This document shows positions 36,640 to 64,000 of a stretch of DNA of 64,000 nt, piece by piece. The DNA comes from Paragordius varius (Eukaryota; Animalia; Nematomorpha). The notes beneath the pieces are model-generated. The model was not told the origin of the DNA. It saw only the letters and a list, made by a program, of their open reading frames with translations, and made no database searches. Numbering within the stretch: position 1 is the stretch's first letter; each line of letters opens with the position of its first letter. The translations under genes and the position numbers were made by a program. Location: assembly GCA_964247055.1 (NCBI GenBank), contig OZ176052.1, forward strand, positions 5,394,001 through 5,458,000, read 5' to 3'.

Positions 36640-37750
36640 GTAAAGTTATTAAGAAAAAGTTTGTAATGTTATGTATATTGTTAAGATCTTTCTTTCTATT
36701 CATTATATTTTGTTCTTTGTGTATATAAAAATTCCCTTTTAATATTCTTTATGTACTATTTTCTTCTTTATTAAAAATTCCCTTTTAATATTCTTTATGT
36801 ACTATTTTCTTCTTTATCAACAACTTCGCCATCCCAAATTAATTTATTTGTGCATATCTAGGCATGATGGGCCAAAGCCGAATCATTTTTATTATTGTTT
36901 ATGTTCTTTTATCCGAACTTCTAGTCCTCTTTTTGTTTTTTCCACACCCTAAATTCTACTCATCAATATATAAGTTCCCATTTTAAAAATAAATTGCAGT
37001 ATATAGAGTAGTTTATATAGGGTTTTTCACAATACAGCCTATTTAAAAAATCGTTTATATTTCCCAAATCTGTCTAAAATGTTGGGGGCAATTTTATAAT
37101 CGGACCAATTATTTATTTATTCATCACATAAATATTTTTGAGCAGATAAATTGTCCCTTTATTTTGATTAACTTTATAATAATTTATAACTTACCACATT
37201 TTTATATCGATTTATTTATGATTGCGCAAGTTATGATTGAACTCTTTTTTATTTTAAACACGAATAGATGAAATAATTAAGTTAGGATTTTATCACCCGT
37301 TAAGCAGACTCACAGTAGTAAATGCTACATTTTAGTTATAAGGTTTAAAATTATTTCAACTTTTTATCCATAAGACGTATACTATTTGAGCCTATTTGAA
37401 CAGCTCATTCGATATGCCTGAATGATCTAGAAAACTGGTAATTTTTTTGATATAATGATCATTTATTTTGCAAATATGTTATTTGGTCAGAGTAGATTCT
37501 CTTTTCATAAAAAATTTATTATTTTATTTTCATTTTTGTTTCAAAACTTACCTTAATGTAAAGCAGCGTTAATCATAATACCTAGCGGTTGATTGCGAAT
37601 GGTATGATACCCTTAGAAAAACTGGATATTTGTTGGGAAAAATATTTAGGATATATATAAGGATCAATCTTGCGTTAACAAATCATTTGTCACCTGATGT
37701 ACTACCGGTCACAATCTGCCAATCAAAAGTCCTTTATATATATTTAAAAT
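36640..37750 (-). mobile_element. Decayed Penelope-like element (GIY-YIG endonuclease part, probable RT C-terminal part upstream)
   Basis: Minus strand gives KTKRGLEVRIKEHKQ, KNDSALAHHA and WDGEVVDKEENS at 36780-36950, and a weaker SYHSQS motif near 37600. Confidence 0.55.
36726..36817. repeat. Perfect 46-bp tandem duplication inside the Penelope remnant
   Basis: TAAAAATTCCCTTTTAATATTCTTTATGTACTATTTTCTTCTTTAT occurs twice in tandem. Confidence 0.95.
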
Positions 37751-38729
37751 AACTTTTTAATCTTGTATTAAAAAATATGAATAACTTTATAAAAAAATCC
37801 TCTATTTTTTTACCGTAAATATTTTATATTTAGGCAAGCAGAAAACTCCTAAAAATTATACTTTTATCTAATCTCTGGCGTAACAAAACGACCTGAAGTA
37901 TAGTTTTTATTAACTTTTTTCAAAAGAGCGGGTTAAGTTTTGGACCGATTAAAATTCATGGTTATAAGTAGTCATCATTAACACAAATTTATATATTAAT
38001 ATTGTAACATAAGAAAAAATTAATTTTTTAAATTGGTTTTGATAATATTTAAATAATAATAATAATAAATCAAAATTTAATAATCTGTTTTTTATATATT
38101 TCTATTAATTTTAAATATTATACCATTATCTTAATTTCATCACGTTTTAATAGTATGTTTTAATGTTTCCGATTGGTTATTTTTATCAGGGGTCATAAAT
38201 GCATTTATGAACAATTAGACATAACCCTAAAAGCCCATGGGTATATATTAGAGATTTATTGCGGTTTCATATAAGCCTTCGGCACAGTTTGGACTAAAAC
38301 CACAAATGTAAATCAGGGTACAGTTGATTAAAATATTAAAACTTTGTTTCATTCTCTAAAATATTCTCTTTAAAAATAATTTATGTAAACTTGAATACGA
38401 CACCGTGGTAATTATATGATAAAAGAGCCATATTTCTGAAAACCAAAATTTTTTATATAGCAATACCCATATTGGAGTTATAAATTACGTATTCGAAAAT
38501 ATTTGCAATTGCTAAACTCTTCTAATTAATTAATTTTCTAAACATCGTGGGGAGTTATAGTCCTTTTTAAGATATTATTTTTTACGGAACTTAATTTGTT
38601 AATGTATATCGATACATTGGTGTAGTATGGGTTTACACAAAATTCTAATAATAATCCCATGTGCCTTATTTGTAAACCAACGATAAGTAAGTTTCGTGAA
38701 TCTATATATTTATAAAAATGGAAAATGAT

Positions 38730-39430
38730 GGCTTTGTGATCTGGTACAACCGTAGCCCCATTCAAATCCAAACTTAGAAAAAATATAATCATTAATGAAT
38801 GCCCCGACAATAGTTTCGCCTTTTTTTTGAAATAGGCCCCCAGTTCGGGCCCACCCGGTGTGAAAAACGGTTTTTTTCGAAAACAGAAGTCCAAAAAAAT
38901 CGTGTCTTTGAGACAATTTTCTGGAGAACGTGTTGGACCATTCAATTTCAAATATGATTTTTGTTTGCTTATTTTCGATTGCGCCGAACATAGTCGTCTC
39001 GCTTTTTTGATTTAGGCCCTCTTTTTACCCGCTCCCCCCGTAAAATACAATTTTTTTTAAAAAACAAAGTCCACAAAAATAATTTTTTAAATCTATTTTT
39101 CGCCCTAGGTATGAGACCGTAAAAATTCAATATGGATTCCACGTATTCTCTGTTAAGCTACCCGCTAAAAACTGATTCCTCATGTAACTTTGTGATCTGT
39201 TTCCGGAAAACCGGTGAACCCAATCAAATCCAAATATCGAAAAAATATAATCATTAATAAATGTCCCGACAATAGCTTCGCCCTTTTTTGAAATTAGGTC
39301 CCCAGTTCGGGCCTACCCCGTGTAAAAAACAGGTTGAGAATTTTCCGGAGAACGTGTTGGACCATTCAATTTCAAATATGATTTTTGTTTACTTATTTTT
39401 GATCGCGCTGAACATAGTCGACTCACTTTT
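38730..39430. repeat. GC-enriched imperfect direct repeat (~250-270-bp unit, ~460-bp period) with a partial third sub-unit
   Basis: 38730-39005 and 39190-39430 share CCCGACAATAG, CCCCAGTTCGGGCC and GGAGAACGTGTTGGACCATTCAATTTCAAATATGATTTTTG. Partial copy at 39015-39085. Confidence 0.8.
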
Positions 39431-39558
39431 TCAAATAAACAATATATTAGTATGAATGCACCGTTTTAAAATTCCTATAAAATCATATTTAAATAATGTT
39501 TCGAAATAATCCACATATGTGGATCATTTTATTGTCACCTACTTCAAATAGCCCCTCA

Positions 39559-39610
39559 GAAGTCCGAAGGACTTCCTCGTGCTGCGTAGCAGCACGAGAT
39601 TTACGCCAGT
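39559..39610 (+). other. Two abutting perfect GC-rich hairpins followed by CCAG|T; possible Helitron-like 3' terminus
   Basis: GAAGTCC-GAA-GGACTTC is immediately followed by CTCGTGCTGC-GTA-GCAGCACGAG, then ATTTACG-CCAG-TATA. Confidence 0.45.
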
Positions 39611-41713
39611 ATAAAATTAAACGACACGGTAATACATCTGGATTTTATTAATATGACTACAGAAATGAAAACACTGAAAATATAATCACTAAAAATTGTG
39701 AAAATCTTCAACCAACAATAATTTTCGCGCAACCTCCGATAATAATGCCAAGTTAGACTGTTGCAAATTTAATCGCCAAAAAATGAAACCTTATTCAGAT
39801 GGTATATTTATGCATGGTAGATATTATAAAATGAGTTTAACTTAATACAATTTATTCAATAAATAGTAAAAGTCTTTCGCGAATACTATATGTCGGCGAA
39901 TAAAAGAACCACATATGTCATTGTAAAAAAAATATGTTTGAATCAAGGTGAAACAAGCAGTTCATTGTTAATATTGATCTTTATTATAATCTCGGTATTT
40001 AGTTTAATACAATTTTAAAAGATTTCTCGGTAATACATACATATATTTCTAATATATTCTTTAATATATTTAAAAATAGAATGTTAAGCAGGAACTTTAT
40101 TGGGTAAGTTTAAGTATCGTCTGTGAAAATCATATCAATTTTTCGAATAGAATTCATTGTGATATATTTATCTGTAGTTTTATCGGCAGATATATAATTT
40201 CTTGTTTTTTACACATTTAGTACTATTTAACAGCAAATATATCAATACTATATTTTGATATTTATAAAAAAATTAACACATCTCTATATGTTTATATAAT
40301 ATATTTATTTGACACTTATGTCTTGATATATATTAACTCAAATGTGGCTCTTCGGATTTTTGAGGTCGAAAATGTAGCTCTTTAAGCTTGTATTGAACAC
40401 CCGTGCCTTAAATTATTAAACAGGTTGAAATCAAATTAATTTTTTATGGATGTTAAAAACAAACCAAATCTGACAAGCATATTATAAATTTTTTATAAAA
40501 ACACACGATATAAGCAGTATACATCAAAACATGCATATGACATATGTGATTTCAAAATTTATTTTTTAAATATTCCGATCTAGTAATAAATATATCAAAT
40601 TTTCACCATATACATATTTATTATATAGACAATAATATTTAAGGATGTTTTTTTTTATAATATATGACTTACCGTATAATTGGACAGTAAGTACCCAATA
40701 TTAAACACATGGTTTTAATTTATAGAAATATTTTTGGTTAATTCGATCCAAATATTATATTCTTATAATTGTATATAAATAATTGATTATATAAATAATT
40801 TTTTCTTAATCTTTCATATTGAGCGTCTTAATATCCGTTTAATTAGTTTAATTGTTTATATGATTGTTAGTAGAAAAAATTGTAAATATATAATGCGGAT
40901 AAAAAAATACTTTAAAAAATTATTGATTTGTTTTTAGTGGTATTTTAAATACGACGATTTAGAACTTATACACACATATATATATATACACATCAAGATT
41001 GTTTATTGATTTTTCATAAATATATATTTTTATGTATTTTTAGAGCAATGGAAGAATAGCATTTTTCTTATATTATAATTGTTATAAGAACGGAACAGGA
41101 CGGAACAAAAAAATAATTTTTAACTTGTAATACTTTGATAATCCCCACGTTTTCAACGACGGTCTCCTCCATAAGAATTTCCAATCATTATTAATATCAT
41201 ATAATAATTCCAAGAATTCTTTATATAATTCAAACAATATGATGATTGATTTTAATTTGAAACTTTGTGAAAACACGAAAATTATCACCCGTAGTAATAT
41301 AATACCATTTTCTTGGAAATTTATTTCAATTTTCGATCGCGATTTTGGGATGTTAAATAATAACAACACTCTTTTTACTTTTTTTTAAAAACTTTTCAAT
41401 CTAATAATTAAGTTTGCATCGTCGCTAAAAATATATTTGAGCCATGGGTTGAAATGTTTAATATATTGTTTGATAATTAATTATTATATTATACATCATT
41501 TAATCAACTTTTGTGAGTCGATTACGAAATCTAGTCATTGATTTTTCCTTTCTCAGAAATGGAAAAGTGGTGTGCAATATTAATCAAACATAAATCTATT
41601 CCTAAAATAATTCTCTTTTACGTTAAATCAAATTAAATCAATCACTAATAATCCAAAATCCACATATATACCCATTACTCAATCATAAAAGGCTATGAAA
41701 AAAATTATGTTAA

Positions 41714-62393
<20,680 letters not shown>

Positions 62394-63697
62394 CTCCTGA
62401 AAAAGCAAGGAGCCTGTGTTTGACGAGATTATAACTATAAAGTAAAAGGAAACATTAATCTAAGTCATTAAACCCCCCTAAGTGACTTGAAATTAAAATT
62501 ACACGCACACACATTTAATCATACAAAGTGGTGTTAAACGAATATCAATATAACATAGCACAAATACATTTTTAATAAAATAGCCAAATTAAATCAAAAA
62601 ACCAATTTGATATTATAAGCCCGTGATTTAACAATTATATGTGACATTAATTTTTATATTAAACATTGATTGATTGATCCCAGTTACCATTTTTACCATC
62701 TCGATTTTCACAATAAAGTTAATTATATCATATACTCGTAAAAATATCATTATACATACAATAATGTGAAAAATAAATTTATTTAAACCAAATACAATTG
62801 ATTCCTTACCAATAAGTTAAGCTTTCCGAACTTGCACCTAAAAGGGGTTTCGTTTAAATCTAGAATTAGATAACGCATACTTTTTTATAAATAAACCGAA
62901 TAAGAAAATATACGCTTAAAAATAGTGAATCAAAATATTAAGTAATTAATTTATATTAACAAAAGAATGTCGGATCTACCCATAGTGAGTCAAATTTAGG
63001 GAAAATTTTAATATACTTATTTTACAATTTTTGAAAACTCACCATCTTTTAATATCCAAGAGAATTTTAAAAGTTACGTTGCATTTAATGATAAACCCAC
63101 AAAACTAAAATTATTTATACATAAAGGCAAATGGCTATTTATTTTTGTGCTTCAATATGCTTAATTTGCAAAACGAATCGTTTAAGCTATGTTTTTTATT
63201 GTAACATCAAATGTACTTCGTTATGGCGGTTCTAACGTTTATTTCACAACAGAATCTCAAGACCTGAAAAATATTCGTCGTTTACGATAAAAGCAAGATT
63301 CGGTACCCTTATAATTATACAGAGTGTGCCGTTAAGGGTCAATTTGACTAAAGCATACCAGTTTTTCAAATCCCGAATGGGAGTTATGTTGCACATAATG
63401 AACGCAGAAAATTAAATATTTAGCTAATTGTTAAAAAAAATTATTTAGGAATCAATAAAAACTTTGCAAGTTGTGCTCGAGTGTTAATGTTTTATAAATA
63501 CAGTTTTTAAATGCAAATACCGATTTTTTATTGAAAAATCTAAAGTATTCAAAATGTTTTTTAAATAAATTTTTAGGCTTTATTAAAGGGTAATTTAAAA
63601 TATCAATTATGCACACCCAAAAGTCTCTTAATTTAATCAATTTGATGCAATTAAATCAATAAAGGTCTCTTACCGTGACCATCGTTAATTCTAGCTA

Positions 63698-64000
63698 TCT
63701 TGTCCACCAAATAATAAATTTATGCAAAAAATAATATTATATTAAATTTATTCCAATTTTACGTAAAAAACATGTATTTTGAAAGGAAATCGATTATTAT
63801 TTAATATAGTACATCGTCTTCAGAATTCGCTCATCTCTCAGTTAATATATGAGTAATAGAAAAACTCATGGCGAAACCATTCCTCAACCATTCTCCCACT
63901 TTTTCAAAATTGTTTAGGTGCTGCTTTCTAGTGTGCCCCCCATTGATGTGAAGTTGTTTTAGTCAGATGACGTTAGGTTAGGGGAATTAAGCGGATGCGG
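63698..64000 (-). mobile_element. 3' part of a decayed mariner transposon (runs off the window)
   Basis: Minus strand gives PHPLNSPNLTSSD*NNFTSMG...VGEWL...HILTER*, matching the mariner C-terminus PHxxYSPDLAPSDYHLFxSMG...KLPERW. A candidate TIR TA|TCTTGTCCACCAAATAA starts at 63698. Confidence 0.8.

Noticed and set aside
37576-37750. Plus-strand YLAVDCEWY resembling a DEDD exonuclease motif
   Set aside because: It is bounded by stops, has no further exonuclease motifs, and the opposite strand fits a Penelope relic better.
38538-38991. 137-aa and 93-aa minus-strand ORFs
   Set aside because: They lie inside a direct-repeat array, and the second repeat unit does not preserve the frames.
41082-41369. 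95-aa minus-strand ORF upstream of PLC
   Set aside because: AT-codon composition, no motif, and no splice partners.

Overview
Very AT-rich, intron-rich, TE-littered animal-type genomic DNA; not prokaryotic, and no CRISPR array or rRNA was found. I rebuilt three conserved genes exon by exon by hand. (1) A HINFP/MIZF (histone H4 transcription factor) orthologue on the minus strand, 19498->6830, swollen to roughly 1,850-1,900 aa by Asn/Gln-rich insertions. (2) A FAF1 (UBA-UBL-UBL-UAS-UBX) orthologue on the minus strand, 35614->27956, 21 exons, 755 aa. (3) A PLC-beta4/NorpA-like phospholipase C on the plus strand, 41714->62393, 35 exons, 1,500 aa. A probable fourth gene (99 aa, one transmembrane helix, missed by the ORF track) sits head-to-head with FAF1, with only 91 nt between the two ATGs. 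The most striking feature is a class of ultra-short GT-AG introns (23-34 nt). The first six FAF1 introns are 26, 27, 24, 26, 25 and 28 nt, while every later FAF1 intron is >=100 nt and the shortest PLC intron I found is 94 nt. Intergenic and intronic DNA holds palindromic Penelope-like retroelement remnants with hammerhead-ribozyme motifs, two RTE-type LINE fragments, long-TIR foldback elements, several MITE families, a tRNA-derived SINE family and a mariner remnant. Gene and family calls rest on recalled family motifs, not on database searches. The species cannot be determined from the window.
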